Positions 18,255 through 28,049 of a DNA stretch of 56,882 bases are shown one piece after another. The DNA is taken from contig VBML01000026.1 in the NCBI GenBank assembly GCA_005878915.1, positions 1-56,882 on the forward strand. The letters are read 5' to 3'. Each line of letters begins with the position of its first letter. Position 1 is the stretch's first letter. This DNA comes from Methanobacteriota archaeon. Lineage in GTDB: Archaea > Thermoplasmatota > Thermoplasmata > RBG-16-68-12. The notes beneath the pieces are model-generated. The model saw only the letters and a program-made list of their open reading frames with translations, was not told where the DNA came from and ran no database searches. The position numbers and the translations under genes were made by a program.

Positions 18255-19160
18255 TCACCCCGCCTCGCGAATCCGATTTCGGCGGGCGTGGATCACCTTT
18301 TCCAGGAAGAACTCGCCCGCGCGGTATGACGATCGCACGAGCGGGCCGCTCGCGACGTACAGGAACCCCATCGACTCGCCGATCTCCCGGTAGCGGTCGA
18401 ATGTCTCGGGTGGAATGTACTCCTCGACGGCGAGATGCCACGTCGACGGGCGCAGGTACTGCCCGAGGGTGAGGATGTCCACCCCCGCGGCCCGCAAGTC
18501 CCGCATCGTCTGAACGACCTCGTCCTCCGTCTCGCCGAGTCCGAGCATGATGGAGGATTTCGTGAAGATGTCTTCCCGCATCCCCTTCGCGCCCTCGAGG
18601 ACGGCGAGACTTTGGCGGTAGCTCGCGCGGCGGTCTCGGACTGTCGCCTGGAGGCGTTCCACCGTTTCGACATTGTGGTCCAGGACATCGACGCCCCCGT
18701 CGACCACCGTCCGGACCGCTTCCAGGTCACCTTGGAAGTCGGGGATGAGCGCTTCAACGATTATTCTTGGGGAGCGGGCCTTGATCTCCCGCACCGTGCG
18801 AGCGAAATGTGCCGCCCCGCCGTCCGGCAGATCGTCGCGGTCCACGGAGGTCAGCACGACATAGGTGAGGTCGAGCTCGGACAGGGCGATGGCGACCTTC
18901 CGTGGCTCATCGATGTCGAGGACCCCGTGGGGGTTCCCGGAGGTCACTGCGCAGAACCGGCAGCCCCGCGTGCACGTGTCGCCCATGAGCATGATCGTCG
19001 CCGTGCCCCCGCCCCAGCACTCCCAGACGTTCGGGCAGTGGGCCTCCTCGCACACCGTGTGGAGGTCGAGGGACCGGAGGAGCCCCTTCAGGTGGACGTA
19101 GTTCTCGCCCGAGGGAGGGCGGACCCGCAGCCAGTCCGGCTTCCGCTCTTGGAGCATCAC
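18255..19160 (-). CDS. lipA: Lipoyl synthase
   Basis: [13 protein letters not shown] and radical-SAM [10 protein letters not shown] motifs. A TATA-like AGATAATAAG lies about 28 nt upstream of the second codon, ATG 19157, which is probably the leaderless start. Confidence 0.95.
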   Translation of the reverse strand: MMLQERKPDWLRVRPPSGENYVHLKGLLRSLDLHTVCEEAHCPNVWECWGGGTATIMLMGDTCTRGCRFCAVTSGNPHGVLDIDEPRKVAIALSELDLTYVVLTSVDRDDLPDGGAAHFARTVREIKARSPRIIVEALIPDFQGDLEAVRTVVDGGVDVLDHNVETVERLQATVRDRRASYRQSLAVLEGAKGMREDIFTKSSIMLGLGETEDEVVQTMRDLRAAGVDILTLGQYLRPSTWHLAVEEYIPPETFDRYREIGESMGFLYVASGPLVRSSYRAGEFFLEKVIHARRNRIREAG

Positions 19161-19180
19161 ATCGGGTCAAGCGGCGGCGG

Positions 19181-19190
19181 CTTATTATCT
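19181..19190 (-). promoter_or_regulatory. TATA-like box for lipA / E1 alpha copy 1
   Basis: AGATAATAAG on the minus strand, centred about 28 nt upstream of ATG 19157. Confidence 0.45.
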
Positions 19191-19242
19191 CTCTCGCGTC
19201 GTTTTCCTGAGAGCGGCCTTGGGCTTCTGGACCGCCGCCGCT

Positions 19243-20154
19243 CTAATGAGTGTTGATGGTTCCATCGATTACGTAACTGCCGCCCTGGCTCGGAACTTGG
19301 AGGGTAAAGGTCATCGTCGCATTCCCCCCGGGCGAGACCGAGATCGGCAACGAGGGCGAAGTCGAATCCCAGAGGGCCCGGGGGGGAATGTAATAGGAGA
19401 AAACGGCCGTCTCAGACACTCGAGAGCCGTCTTCGAGAATAGCAAGCGTGCCAGAGATTCCAATGATCGCAACCACAGCGGGACCGCTAACAATCAGGGC
19501 AGCAAGGCCACGGGCAGAGCCCAACGAAAATCCAACGACGAGGACAGCGGTGAGCGCGAGCCCGACCAACCCCGCCGTCAGGGCAATCCGCGCGGCGCGA
19601 ATGGAGCGCCCGCGGTCGCGTTCGGCGCTCACGGGCATCACAGGAATTCCGCGATTCGCAAGCCAATCGAGTGCTCGCCGGGACTCAGTGGGCGTCTCTG
19701 GATTCCGAGAGGAACTTAGGAGAAACCGTGCTGGCGGCCCAGCCCTTCGTCGGACCACGAGGTACGTTTGAGCCACCCAAAACCCCGGACCGATGGACCT
19801 GGCTCCGTGATACCTTCCCTGCTCCTTCCAGACTTCCGCCCCTGCGATTTCCGAGGACCCGAAGGCACCGAGTCGACGGCCGCTCCATAGCGACGCGATC
19901 GGCAATCGGGCAGTGTACATCGCATCCCCCTCAACCCCCGATTCGAAGGATAGGGAGGAAACGGATAGCGGGAGGCCGAAGACAGCGATGAGGATTCCAA
20001 AGAGGGTCACGAAGACGAAAATTGTGCCCTTGCCGAAAAGCGCCAGCAAGCCGCCGACGAGAAAGGCGGTCGAGAGCAGGATCCCCTGTCTTGCGTCTCG
20101 AGCTCTCGCCAGGCGCTCCTCCCTCACGGTCGCTCGTGCGAGACCTTCCCACAT
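19243..20154 (-). CDS. Multi-pass membrane protein, unknown function
   Basis: 303 aa with about 4 hydrophobic helices (ILLSTAFLVGGLLALF, IFVFVTLFGILIAVFGL, LTAGLVGLALTAVLVVGF, LIVSGPAVVAIIGISG). No family recognised. Confidence 0.55.
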   Translation of the reverse strand: MWEGLARATVREERLARARDARQGILLSTAFLVGGLLALFGKGTIFVFVTLFGILIAVFGLPLSVSSLSFESGVEGDAMYTARLPIASLWSGRRLGAFGSSEIAGAEVWKEQGRYHGARSIGPGFWVAQTYLVVRRRAGPPARFLLSSSRNPETPTESRRALDWLANRGIPVMPVSAERDRGRSIRAARIALTAGLVGLALTAVLVVGFSLGSARGLAALIVSGPAVVAIIGISGTLAILEDGSRVSETAVFSYYIPPRALWDSTSPSLPISVSPGGNATMTFTLQVPSQGGSYVIDGTINTH

Positions 20155-20211
20155 GGGAAACCCCCGCTCCGAGGCGCGGGAAGCGCTGGTCTAGATAAGA
20201 ACGCGACGGCG

Positions 20212-20526
20212 CTATCCGAACCGGTATTCGACCCCGTGCCCGCCTCTAGGGTAGCCCCACCGGATTGCGCCGCGTCCGATATGTTTGCACACGATCCCGC
20301 AGGCGCCGAGCTCGATGCAACCGTCCGTGTTGTACACGAGCTCCCCCTTGTCGAGCCGATACACCTGCGACGGGCACACGTAGAGGCAGGGCTTCGTATC
20401 GCACGTCCGGCAGATGTCCGTGGCGACGACGATGAACGGCTCGTCGTCCGGCTCGAACTTGTCGAGCGCCAAGCGGTCGTCGACGCTCAGGCGCCGGTCC
20501 GCGTCCGGCTTCGGAAGGTCGGGCAT
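20212..20526 (-). CDS. fixX: Ferredoxin-like protein FixX
   Basis: 104 aa. CRTC..KPC...CP and GCIELGACGIVC cysteine patterns, with the characteristic C-terminus YPRGGHGVEYRFG. A TATA box lies about 32 nt upstream. Confidence 0.85.
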   Translation of the reverse strand: MPDLPKPDADRRLSVDDRLALDKFEPDDEPFIVVATDICRTCDTKPCLYVCPSQVYRLDKGELVYNTDGCIELGACGIVCKHIGRGAIRWGYPRGGHGVEYRFG

Positions 20527-20553
20527 CTCCGCGTGCCGCTCTCAGGCCCGGAC

Positions 20554-20563
20554 GATATTAAAG
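20554..20563. promoter_or_regulatory. Shared TATA-like box between divergent fixX and the V4R/fixCAB genes
   Basis: GATATTAAAG lies about 32 nt upstream of the fixX ATG (leaderless spacing) and 45-110 nt upstream of the V4R start candidates. Confidence 0.5.
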
Positions 20564-20607
20564 CGTTTGTCCGCGGCTTTCCCTCATCTGGTAATCATCC
20601 GTGAATT

Positions 20608-21252
20608 TTGCGGGAGAGGCTTGACGCCTCGCCGGTCGCTCCCCGGCGACCGGACGGTGCCGTCGGACGCATGGCTCGGACGACTTCAGGGGCCCTTGAG
20701 GCGCCCCGCGACAAGACGGACGAAATCATCACGGACTTCCTCGTCGGCAACCTTCGACTCGATGTCCGCAAGGGCCACGTCGAGCTCATGGGCCATCGGA
20801 TCATGCTGTTCCGCTTCGAGTTCCTTGTCGCGGTCCAGAAGCAGTTGGAGGAGATGATCGGCGACTCCGCCAGTTCCGTGATGTACCTCGCGGGGGAGCG
20901 CGCGGCGAAGGAGGTCCTACCCGCGATGTCGGACCGGATTCGCGAGGTCCTGCCGGGCCGGGAGTCCCTCGTGATCCTCCGCAGCATGTCCGATGTCTGG
21001 GCGATGATCGGCGTCGGGCGCGCAACGATGACGGAGTTCGACCCCGAGGAGGGACGGTTCGCCTTCAAGATCGAGCACGGCGCGTACCCCGCGGCGTATG
21101 GACGATCGCTCAAGCCGGTCTGCCACATGTGGGCGGGCTGGGCGGCGGGCGTTGCGAAGACCATGTTCGCTCGCGATGTCGTCTGTGAGGAGGACGGGTG
21201 CGTCGCGGCGGGCGAGGATGTGTGCACGTTCACGATTCGTCCTCGTCCCTAG
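20608..21252 (+). CDS. V4R (4-vinyl reductase-like) domain protein
   Basis: C-terminal pattern ...CHMWAGWAAGVAKTMFARDVVCEEDGCVAAGEDVCTFTI fits the V4R small-molecule-binding domain. The TTG start at 20608 is uncertain. ATG 20671 is an alternative. Confidence 0.7.
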   Translation: MRERLDASPVAPRRPDGAVGRMARTTSGALEAPRDKTDEIITDFLVGNLRLDVRKGHVELMGHRIMLFRFEFLVAVQKQLEEMIGDSASSVMYLAGERAAKEVLPAMSDRIREVLPGRESLVILRSMSDVWAMIGVGRATMTEFDPEEGRFAFKIEHGAYPAAYGRSLKPVCHMWAGWAAGVAKTMFARDVVCEEDGCVAAGEDVCTFTIRPRP

Positions 21253-21306
21253 GGCCTCGCCTAAAGCCTTATCTCCGGCCGTCCCCTCGTGGCCGCCCGG
21301 GCATCC

Positions 21307-22596
21307 ATGGCGGAGCGGTTCGATGCCGTTGTCGTCGGGGCGGGCCCCGCGGGGAGCGCCGCCGCGCTCGCCCTTGCGAAGGAGAAATTCTCGGTCCTCC
21401 TCGTCGAGCGCGGGCGCACGGCGGGCTCGAAGAACATGTTCGGCGGGCGGGTCTACGCCTGGCCCCTATTCGATCTCCTCCCGGAGTGGCAGAAGGACTG
21501 TCCCGTCGAGAGGTTCGTGACGAGGGAATCCCTCGCGTTCCTTTCCGGGGATGCCTCCCTCTCCGTCCAGTTCGAGAACCCCGCCAGCACCTCGGGGCGG
21601 GCCGCGAGCTTCACGGCGCTGCGGCCGAAGTTCGACGAGTGGCTCGCGAAGAAGGCGGAGGCCGCGGGAGCGACGCTGATCACCGGGATCAAGGTCGACG
21701 AGCTTCTCCGGGAGGGCGGGAAGGTCCGGGGCGTTGTCGCGGGGCCGGACAAGATTGCCGCAAACGTCGTCGTCCTCGCGGAAGGCGCCATGGGCCCTCT
21801 CGCGCAGAAGGCGGGTCTCCTCCCGGAGCTGGCCCCCAAGGCGGTGTCCGTCGGGGTCAAGGAGACCGTGGAGCTGCCCGCCGCGACGATCCAGGAACGG
21901 TTCGCCCTTGGGGAGAAGGAGGGGGCGGCGGTGGTCTACGCGGGGGACGCGAGCATGGGCTTGAGGGGCGGGGGCTTCCTGTACACGAACAAGGCGTCCG
22001 TGTCCCTGGGCCTCGTCGTCTCCTCCGAGGACCTCGCGCGGAAGAAGGTCGAGGTGCAGGAGGTCATGGAACGGTTCCGCCTCCACCCGAGCATCCAGCG
22101 GCTCCTCAAGGGCGGGAAGGTCGGTGAGTACTCCGCGCACCTCGTGCCGGAACTCGGCCTCGGGATGCGGGCGAAATACATCGCCGACGGCGTGCTCCTC
22201 GCGGGGGACGCCGCGGGGTTCCTGATTAACAACGGCTACACGTTCCGCGGGGTCGACCTCGCGATCGCGTCCGGGATCGCCGCCGCGCGGGCCGCGGTTG
22301 ACGCCCGCGCCCGCGGGGACTTCTCCGCGGCGGGCCTCGCATCGTACGACCGCCACCTCCGGGCCTTGAACGTCCTCACGGATCTCGAGCGGTTCCGATC
22401 CACCGGCGGGTATCTGAAGAACGAACGCCTCTTCTCCCTCTATCCGAAGCTCCTCCTCGGGATCACCGAGAAGGTCTACACCGTGGACGGCTCGGGGAAG
22501 GAACGTATCTCCGATGTCGTGCTTCAAGAGATGAAGGGCAAGGCTCCGCTCTTCAAGATGCTGAAGGATTTTCTCGATGCGGCGCGCTCGATGTAA
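21307..22596 (+). CDS. fixC: FAD-dependent ETF-quinone oxidoreductase FixC
   Basis: MAERFDAVVVGAGPAGSAAALALA (Rossmann GxGxxG) and the general FixC/ETF-QO layout. The ORF track starts at GTG 21289, but ATG 21307 fits the TATA spacing. Confidence 0.9.
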   Translation: MAERFDAVVVGAGPAGSAAALALAKEKFSVLLVERGRTAGSKNMFGGRVYAWPLFDLLPEWQKDCPVERFVTRESLAFLSGDASLSVQFENPASTSGRAASFTALRPKFDEWLAKKAEAAGATLITGIKVDELLREGGKVRGVVAGPDKIAANVVVLAEGAMGPLAQKAGLLPELAPKAVSVGVKETVELPAATIQERFALGEKEGAAVVYAGDASMGLRGGGFLYTNKASVSLGLVVSSEDLARKKVEVQEVMERFRLHPSIQRLLKGGKVGEYSAHLVPELGLGMRAKYIADGVLLAGDAAGFLINNGYTFRGVDLAIASGIAAARAAVDARARGDFSAAGLASYDRHLRALNVLTDLERFRSTGGYLKNERLFSLYPKLLLGITEKVYTVDGSGKERISDVVLQEMKGKAPLFKMLKDFLDAARSM

Positions 22597-22667
22597 CACA
22601 CCTCAAGCATCTCCAAGGAAATCACCGCGAAAAGTAGATACCCGATGTGGGTTTCGTTCCCGGCGCG

Positions 22668-23480
22668 ATGCCCACTGGCGGACCCATCCGCATTGTTGTG
22701 TGCATCAAGCAGGTCCCGAAGGCCCAGGAACTCCAGGTGGACCCGAAGACGCAAACGCTGAAGCGGGTCGGTGTGCCGAGCGAGATCAACCCGCCGGACG
22801 CAAACGCTCTGGAGTTCGCGCTTCGCATCAAGGACGACATGCCCGCGGAGATTGTGGTGCTCTCGATGGGCCCGACCTCGTTCGACGAGTCCCTCGAGCG
22901 GGCGATCGCCATGGGGGCGGACCGCGCGGTCCTGCTGACGGACCGGATCCTCGGCGGCTCGGACACCGTGCCGACGGCGCATGCGCTCAGCGAGACGATC
23001 GCGAAGATCGGCGGCTACGACCTCATCCTGTGCGGGGAGGAGACGACGGACGCGTCCACGGGCCACGTTGGACCCGGGATCGCGGGCCACCTCGCCATCC
23101 CGCAGGTGACGTACATCTCAGAGATGCGGATCGTTGACGGGAAGGTCCGGGCGCGTCGCACCGCGGAGGACGGATCGGAGTGGTGGGAGACGGCGATGCC
23201 GTGCCTCCTCACCGTGAACTTCGGCTGCAACCGACCCCGCGAACCGACGCTCAGCGGGAAGATCCGCGTGAAGCGCGGCGGGGTGATCGTCCACTGGTCG
23301 TGCGCGGATGTGGGCATCGACCCGAACAAAGTGGGACTGAGGAACAGCCCGACGATCGTCGCGAAGGTGGACACCGTCCATCTCCCGCCGCGGGCCCGCA
23401 AGCTTTTCCAGGGAGAGGCGAGGGAGGTCGTGGCGCAGCTCCTGAAGGCCCTCGTCGAGGACGGGGTGATCGCCCCGTGA
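22668..23480 (+). CDS. fixA: Electron transfer flavoprotein beta subunit (FixA/EtfB)
   Basis: IRIVVCIKQVPK...VDP....L.R.GV...INPPDANALEFALR, the EtfB signature. ATG 22668 lies about 30 nt downstream of AAAAGTAGATA. The ORF track start is GTG 22647. Confidence 0.9.
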   Translation: MPTGGPIRIVVCIKQVPKAQELQVDPKTQTLKRVGVPSEINPPDANALEFALRIKDDMPAEIVVLSMGPTSFDESLERAIAMGADRAVLLTDRILGGSDTVPTAHALSETIAKIGGYDLILCGEETTDASTGHVGPGIAGHLAIPQVTYISEMRIVDGKVRARRTAEDGSEWWETAMPCLLTVNFGCNRPREPTLSGKIRVKRGGVIVHWSCADVGIDPNKVGLRNSPTIVAKVDTVHLPPRARKLFQGEAREVVAQLLKALVEDGVIAP

Positions 23481-24547
23481 CGGAGATCCATCACAACGCG
23501 CTCGAGGGCAAGTCCCACTTTGCGGGCATCTGGGTCTTCCTCGAAGGGAGGAAAGGCTCCCTGCGCGATGTGTCCGTGCAGCTCATCGGAGAGGGCCGCC
23601 GGCTCGCGGACCGGAGGGGCGTGCCCCTCACGGGAGTCCTCCCGGGTCACGACGTGGAGGCTCTGGCCCGCCACGCGATCGGATACGGCCTTGACCGCGT
23701 GGTCGTGGTGGACCACCCACTCCTGGAGATCTACAGGTCCCGGCCGTTCACGAAGGTGATGGCGACCCTAATCATCCGCCACAAGCCGGAGATCGTTCTG
23801 TATGGCGCCTCGAAGAACGGGAGGGACCTTGGCGGTCGTCTTCACGCGGTCCTCGAGACGGGGCTCGCGGCCGACTGCGTGAAGTTCGACCTCGACGACG
23901 ACGGGAACCTCGACATGATCCGGCCGAGCTTCGGGGGGAAGTCCCTCGCGCACATCCTGTGCAAGCAGCACCGCCCGCAGATGGCGAGCGCCCGGCGGAA
24001 CGTTTTCCTCGCGCCGAGGCACGACCCTTCCCGCCAGGGAGCGATTGTCCACGAAGCGGTGGAGATCAGCGATGCGGACCTCGACGCGAAGCTCCTCGAG
24101 TTCACGGAGTTCGTGCGGGAAGGCGGGGCGCGACCCGATGAGGCCGGCATCGTCGTCAGCGGTGGGTACGGACTTGGTGACCCGAAGAACTTCGGGATGC
24201 TCCAGGAGCTCGCGGACCTCCTTGGCGGAGCCGTCGCGGCGTCGAGAAAGGCGGTGGACAGCGGCTGGATTCCGAAGGAGTTTCAGGTCGGGCAAACAGG
24301 GATGACGGTGCGGCCGAAGGTGTATTTTGCCATCGGGATCAGCGGCGCCGTGCAGCACCTTGCGGGGATGCAGGAGTCCGGGAAGATCGTCGCGATCAAC
24401 ATCGACCCGAAGGCGGCGATCTTCGAGATCGCGGACTACGGAATCGTGGGGAATCTTTTCCAGATCGTGCCGGAGATGATCCAGCAACTGAAGGAGCTCA
24501 AGGCGCGGCCGGCGAAGACCGTCGAAGCGGTTGCAACCATCCGTTGA
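23477..24547 (+). CDS. fixB: Electron transfer flavoprotein alpha subunit (FixB/EtfA)
   Basis: GTG 23477 overlaps the fixA stop (GTGA). C-terminal FAD-binding pattern VVSGGYGLG...LADLLGGAVAASR.AVD.GW....QVGQTG..V.P.VYFAIGISGAVQH..GM. Confidence 0.9.
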   Translation: MTEIHHNALEGKSHFAGIWVFLEGRKGSLRDVSVQLIGEGRRLADRRGVPLTGVLPGHDVEALARHAIGYGLDRVVVVDHPLLEIYRSRPFTKVMATLIIRHKPEIVLYGASKNGRDLGGRLHAVLETGLAADCVKFDLDDDGNLDMIRPSFGGKSLAHILCKQHRPQMASARRNVFLAPRHDPSRQGAIVHEAVEISDADLDAKLLEFTEFVREGGARPDEAGIVVSGGYGLGDPKNFGMLQELADLLGGAVAASRKAVDSGWIPKEFQVGQTGMTVRPKVYFAIGISGAVQHLAGMQESGKIVAINIDPKAAIFEIADYGIVGNLFQIVPEMIQQLKELKARPAKTVEAVATIR

Positions 24548-24550
24548 TCG

Positions 24551-25210
24551 TCAGTGAGCGAGGATGCGCGGGTCCATCCGCTCCCTTGGGATCCGCTCGA
24601 GCTCTAGCTGAAACACGTCGGCGAAATCCCGCGCAACTCGATCGCGGAAGCCCGCGAAGTCCACTCGGGCTCCGAGTTCTCGCTCCATGGAGGTCATGAT
24701 CCGCCCCTCGTTCCCGCACGGTCGGATGCGGTCGAAGTAGGAGAGGTCGGTGTTCACGTTGTGCGCGAAGCCATGGTAGGTGACCTGATCGTGAACCGCG
24801 AGCCCGATGGAACCCAGCTTCCTCCCGTGGACCCACACCCCCCGCTGTACTTCGTTCCGAGTTGCGGGGACGTCGAATGCCCGCGAACTCCGGATGAGGA
24901 CCTCCTCGATGTCGGTCACGAGCTTCCGCACATCGAGCCGGTCCTTCATCTTGAGGATCAGATAACCGACGAGCTGCCCCGGTCCGTGGTACGTGGCTTC
25001 GCCGCCGCGCTCAACCTCGAACACGGGGAGGGTCGAATCGAATACATCCGTCCGTTTCCCCCGCCGGCCCAGGGTCGCGACGTGCGGGTGCTCCAGGAGC
25101 AGCAGGGTGTCGGGGATTGCGTCGGCCGCTCGCCGCTGGACGAGGGTCTTCTGGAGGTTCCACGCCACTCCGTACTCGATGAAGCCGATGTCGACGAGCC
25201 AGGCGGTCAT
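24551..25210 (-). CDS. lipB: Octanoyltransferase (lipoyl(octanoyl) transferase)
   Basis: 219 aa from ATG 25210: LLLLEHPHVATLGRRGK...RGGEATYHGPGQLVGY...KLGSIGLAV. The start overlaps the E3 stop (ATGA). The upstream 230 codons of ORF 24551..25900 are Arg/Gly-rich shadow. Confidence 0.9.
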   Translation of the reverse strand: MTAWLVDIGFIEYGVAWNLQKTLVQRRAADAIPDTLLLLEHPHVATLGRRGKRTDVFDSTLPVFEVERGGEATYHGPGQLVGYLILKMKDRLDVRKLVTDIEEVLIRSSRAFDVPATRNEVQRGVWVHGRKLGSIGLAVHDQVTYHGFAHNVNTDLSYFDRIRPCGNEGRIMTSMERELGARVDFAGFRDRVARDFADVFQLELERIPRERMDPRILAH

Positions 25211-26613
25211 AGTCTCCGGTTCAGAACGTGGATCGCCCGCCCGAGGGCGGCTTCCGCGGTCTCCATGATCCCCTCCGGCAGCGTCGGGTGCGGGTGGATC
25301 GTGAGAGCGATGTCCTCCACGCTCGCTCCCATCTCGATCGCGAGGGCGAGCTCGCTGATCAGGTCGCTCGCGTCCGGCCCCACGATCTCCGCGCCAAGGA
25401 GGCGGTTCGTCTTCGCGTCCGCGACGAGCTTCAGGAAGCCGTCGGATTCGCCGGTCGTCAGGGCGCGCCCCAACGCGGCGAACGGCACCTTTCCGATGAC
25501 GACTTCGTATCCCTTCTCCCGCGCCTGCGCTTCCGTCCAGCCGACGCTCGCGATCTCCGGGTCCGTGAAGATCGCCGCAGGGAGAGCACGATAGTCCGCC
25601 TCCATGGGATGGCCGGCGATCACCTCCGCCGCGATGATTCCCTCCTTCGTCGCCTTGTGGGCGAGGTACGGCGGGCCCACGACGTCCCCGACCGCGAACA
25701 CCTTCGGATTCGACGTCCGCAGCTGTCGGTCGACGAGGACGTGCCCCTTGGGGTCGACCTTGACCCCGGCCTTGTCCGGCGCCAGTCCGTCCGTGTTCGC
25801 CCGCCTCCCGACGGTGACGAGGACGACGTCGCACGGGATCGTGAGCGGGCCGTCCGGCGTCACCGCCTCGACGAGCAGCCCGTCGCTGGTTTCCTTCCAT
25901 CCTTTCGCCTGCGAGGACGTGTGGAACGTGACCCCAATCTTCCGCAGGTGCCGGCCGACGACCCGCACGACCTCAGGCTCGATTCCCGGGAGGAGCTCGT
26001 CCATGAGCTCGACGACGGTGACCTGGCTCCCCATCTTCGCATAGAACGTCCCGATCTCGAGGCCAGAGACCCCGCCGCCGATGACGAGGAGCCGCTTCGG
26101 GATTTCCTCCAGCTCGAGGGCTTCCTTCGTGCTGATCACTTTCTTCCCGTCGAACCGGAAGGCGGGCAGGTCCGTCGGTCGCCCTCCGGTCGCGATGATC
26201 GCGTTGCCGAAGGAGACGGACTCCTCGCCGTCGGCGCGTTTCACAAGCACCTCAGAAGGAGACGTGAACGCGGCCTCTCCATAGAGGACCTCCGCGCCGT
26301 TCCCTTTGCAGAGCACTGCGACTCCGGATGTAAGTCGCGTGACGACGCCCTCCTTCCACGCTTGGAGTTTCCGCATGTCCACGTGGATATCGGAAATCTC
26401 GATTCCGAACTCCTCCGCTTTCCGGGCGGCGTCCAGAACATTCGCAGCGTGGATCAGGGACTTCGACGGAATGCACCCGTAATTCAGGCATTCGCCGCCG
26501 AGGCGGTCGCGCTCCACGAGGAGGACCTTCTTACCAAGCTGCGCCGCGCGGATCGCCGCGGGATACCCTCCGGGCCCTGCTCCGATGACGAGGACATCAA
26601 CGGCCCGGGCCAC
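25207..26613 (-). CDS. lpdA: Dihydrolipoyl dehydrogenase (E3)
   Basis: VDVLVIGAGPGGYPAAIRAAQLG...GGECLNYGCIPSK redox-active disulfide motif. GTG 26613 gives a canonical short N-terminus. The ORF track start TTG 26700 would add a 29-aa Pro/Arg-rich extension. Confidence 0.9.
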   Translation of the reverse strand: MARAVDVLVIGAGPGGYPAAIRAAQLGKKVLLVERDRLGGECLNYGCIPSKSLIHAANVLDAARKAEEFGIEISDIHVDMRKLQAWKEGVVTRLTSGVAVLCKGNGAEVLYGEAAFTSPSEVLVKRADGEESVSFGNAIIATGGRPTDLPAFRFDGKKVISTKEALELEEIPKRLLVIGGGVSGLEIGTFYAKMGSQVTVVELMDELLPGIEPEVVRVVGRHLRKIGVTFHTSSQAKGWKETSDGLLVEAVTPDGPLTIPCDVVLVTVGRRANTDGLAPDKAGVKVDPKGHVLVDRQLRTSNPKVFAVGDVVGPPYLAHKATKEGIIAAEVIAGHPMEADYRALPAAIFTDPEIASVGWTEAQAREKGYEVVIGKVPFAALGRALTTGESDGFLKLVADAKTNRLLGAEIVGPDASDLISELALAIEMGASVEDIALTIHPHPTLPEGIMETAEAALGRAIHVLNRRL

Positions 26614-26733
26614 GCGCGTTGGAATGCGGGCCCGAAGAAAAGGGTTGGCCTCCGTCCCTCTCCTTCCAGGAGTCCCGTACGGGGGGAGCGCCCGAGGCAA
26701 CCAGCAATTGGCTCGAAGCGTGGCCTTGTCGCT

Positions 26734-27993
26734 CTACTCAATATCTACGAACTGCAGGGCGGGGTGCTCGAGGTGCTTCACGATCGCCTGCACGAACGCG
26801 GCCCCCACATGTCCATCGATCACGCGGTGGTCGAACGTGCACGACAAGTACATCATCTCGCGGACGACCACCGCGTCGTTTCGAACGACCGGTCGTTTCT
26901 CGATCTTGTGAACCCCGATGATGCCCACCTCGGGCCAGTTGATGATCGGCGTGGCGAAGGTCCCGCCCTCCTTCCCGAGGGACGTGATCGTGAACGTGCC
27001 CCCCTGGATATCCTGCAGGGCGAGCTTCTTCTCCCGCGCGGCAACCGCGAGGCGATCGATCTCCTTCGCAAGGGCCCAGATGTCCTTCTTGTCCGCGTCG
27101 TGCACAACGGTGACCGTGAGGCCCTCCTCCGTCGCGGTCGCGATTCCGATGTTGAAGTACCGCTTCACGACGATCTCCTGCTTCTCGTCGTCCATGCTGG
27201 CGTTCAGGGTCGGGTACTCCTTGAGCGCCGCGATGAGGGCCTTCACGATGAACGGGAGGTACGTGAGCTTCGTCCCCTTCCGATCCCCCACCTCCTTCAG
27301 CCGATCCCGCAGGTGGACGAGCTGGGTCATGTCGACCTCCTCGACGTACGTGAACGGCGCCGCGGTCGCGTGGGACTTCGCCATCTTCTCCGCGATTCTC
27401 TTCCGGAGACCGTGAATGGGAATCCGCTCTTCGAGGCCTGCGGGGGTGTGCGCGCGCGGGGGCGGCAGTTCCTCAATGGACACCGCGGGCCGGGGGGCCA
27501 CCGCGGGGGTCGGAGCGCTCTTCGCGGCGCGAACGTCCTCCTCCATGACTCGGCCGCTTGGCCCCGAGCCACGGACCGCATCGATGTTCACGTCGAGCTC
27601 TCGTGCGAGCTTCCGGACCGCGGGCGCTGCAAGCGCCGGACCTCGAGGGGCCGCCATCGAAGGCGGTGGGGGGGCCACGGTCGGAGCCGGTGGAGCCGGC
27701 AGGGTGGCAACGTGCGAGGGAGCGACAGCGGGTACGACCGGCGGCGCGGTCTCGCCCGCCTCGCCGAGGAGGACGATCGTGGTCCCGACCTTCACGGTCT
27801 CTCCCTCCTTGGCGAGAAGCCGGAGGACGCTCCCAGTGACGGGCGATGGGATCTGCACAGTCACCTTGTCGGTCATCACCTCGACCATGAGGTCGTTCTC
27901 CTTGATCGGGGCGCCCTCCTTCACGAGCCACTTCACAATCTCCCCCTCGTGGACGCCTTCGCCGATATCGGGGAGCTTGAACTCGCGGGCCAA
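26734..27993 (-). CDS. Dihydrolipoamide acyltransferase (E2) with one lipoyl domain
   Basis: Lipoyl domain MAREFKLPDIGEGV.EGEIVKW...VEVMTDKVTV, a Pro/Ala linker, a subunit-binding segment (AAPAVRKLARELDVN) and the catalytic DHRVIDG motif. TTG start, with CCCTTTTTATCC about 36 nt upstream. Confidence 0.92.
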   Translation of the reverse strand: MAREFKLPDIGEGVHEGEIVKWLVKEGAPIKENDLMVEVMTDKVTVQIPSPVTGSVLRLLAKEGETVKVGTTIVLLGEAGETAPPVVPAVAPSHVATLPAPPAPTVAPPPPSMAAPRGPALAAPAVRKLARELDVNIDAVRGSGPSGRVMEEDVRAAKSAPTPAVAPRPAVSIEELPPPRAHTPAGLEERIPIHGLRKRIAEKMAKSHATAAPFTYVEEVDMTQLVHLRDRLKEVGDRKGTKLTYLPFIVKALIAALKEYPTLNASMDDEKQEIVVKRYFNIGIATATEEGLTVTVVHDADKKDIWALAKEIDRLAVAAREKKLALQDIQGGTFTITSLGKEGGTFATPIINWPEVGIIGVHKIEKRPVVRNDAVVVREMMYLSCTFDHRVIDGHVGAAFVQAIVKHLEHPALQFVDIE

Positions 27994-28023
27994 AGGGATA
28001 CCGGTTCCGCGGAAGGTCGCGCC

Positions 28024-28035
28024 GGATAAAAAGGG
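28024..28035 (-). promoter_or_regulatory. TATA-like box for E2-E3-lipB
   Basis: CCCTTTTTATCC on the minus strand, about 36 nt upstream of the E2 TTG start. This suggests E2-E3-lipB can be transcribed independently of E1. Confidence 0.4.
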
Positions 28036-28049
28036 TGTGGCGTCCGCAG

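Noticed and set aside
25228-28029. 933-aa plus-strand ORF spanning the E3/E2 region. Similar long ORFs lie at 21466-22599 (-), 33051-34547 (-), 35266-36981 (-), 44767-46734 (-), 52190-54040 (+), 7693-8901 (+), 38651-39742 (-), 11539-12783 (+) and 9622-10773 (+).
   Set aside because: All lie antisense or out of frame to genes with clear family signatures. All are extremely Arg/Pro/Gly/Asp-rich with no recognisable motifs. This is the expected stop-codon-poor shadow of 65% GC coding DNA.
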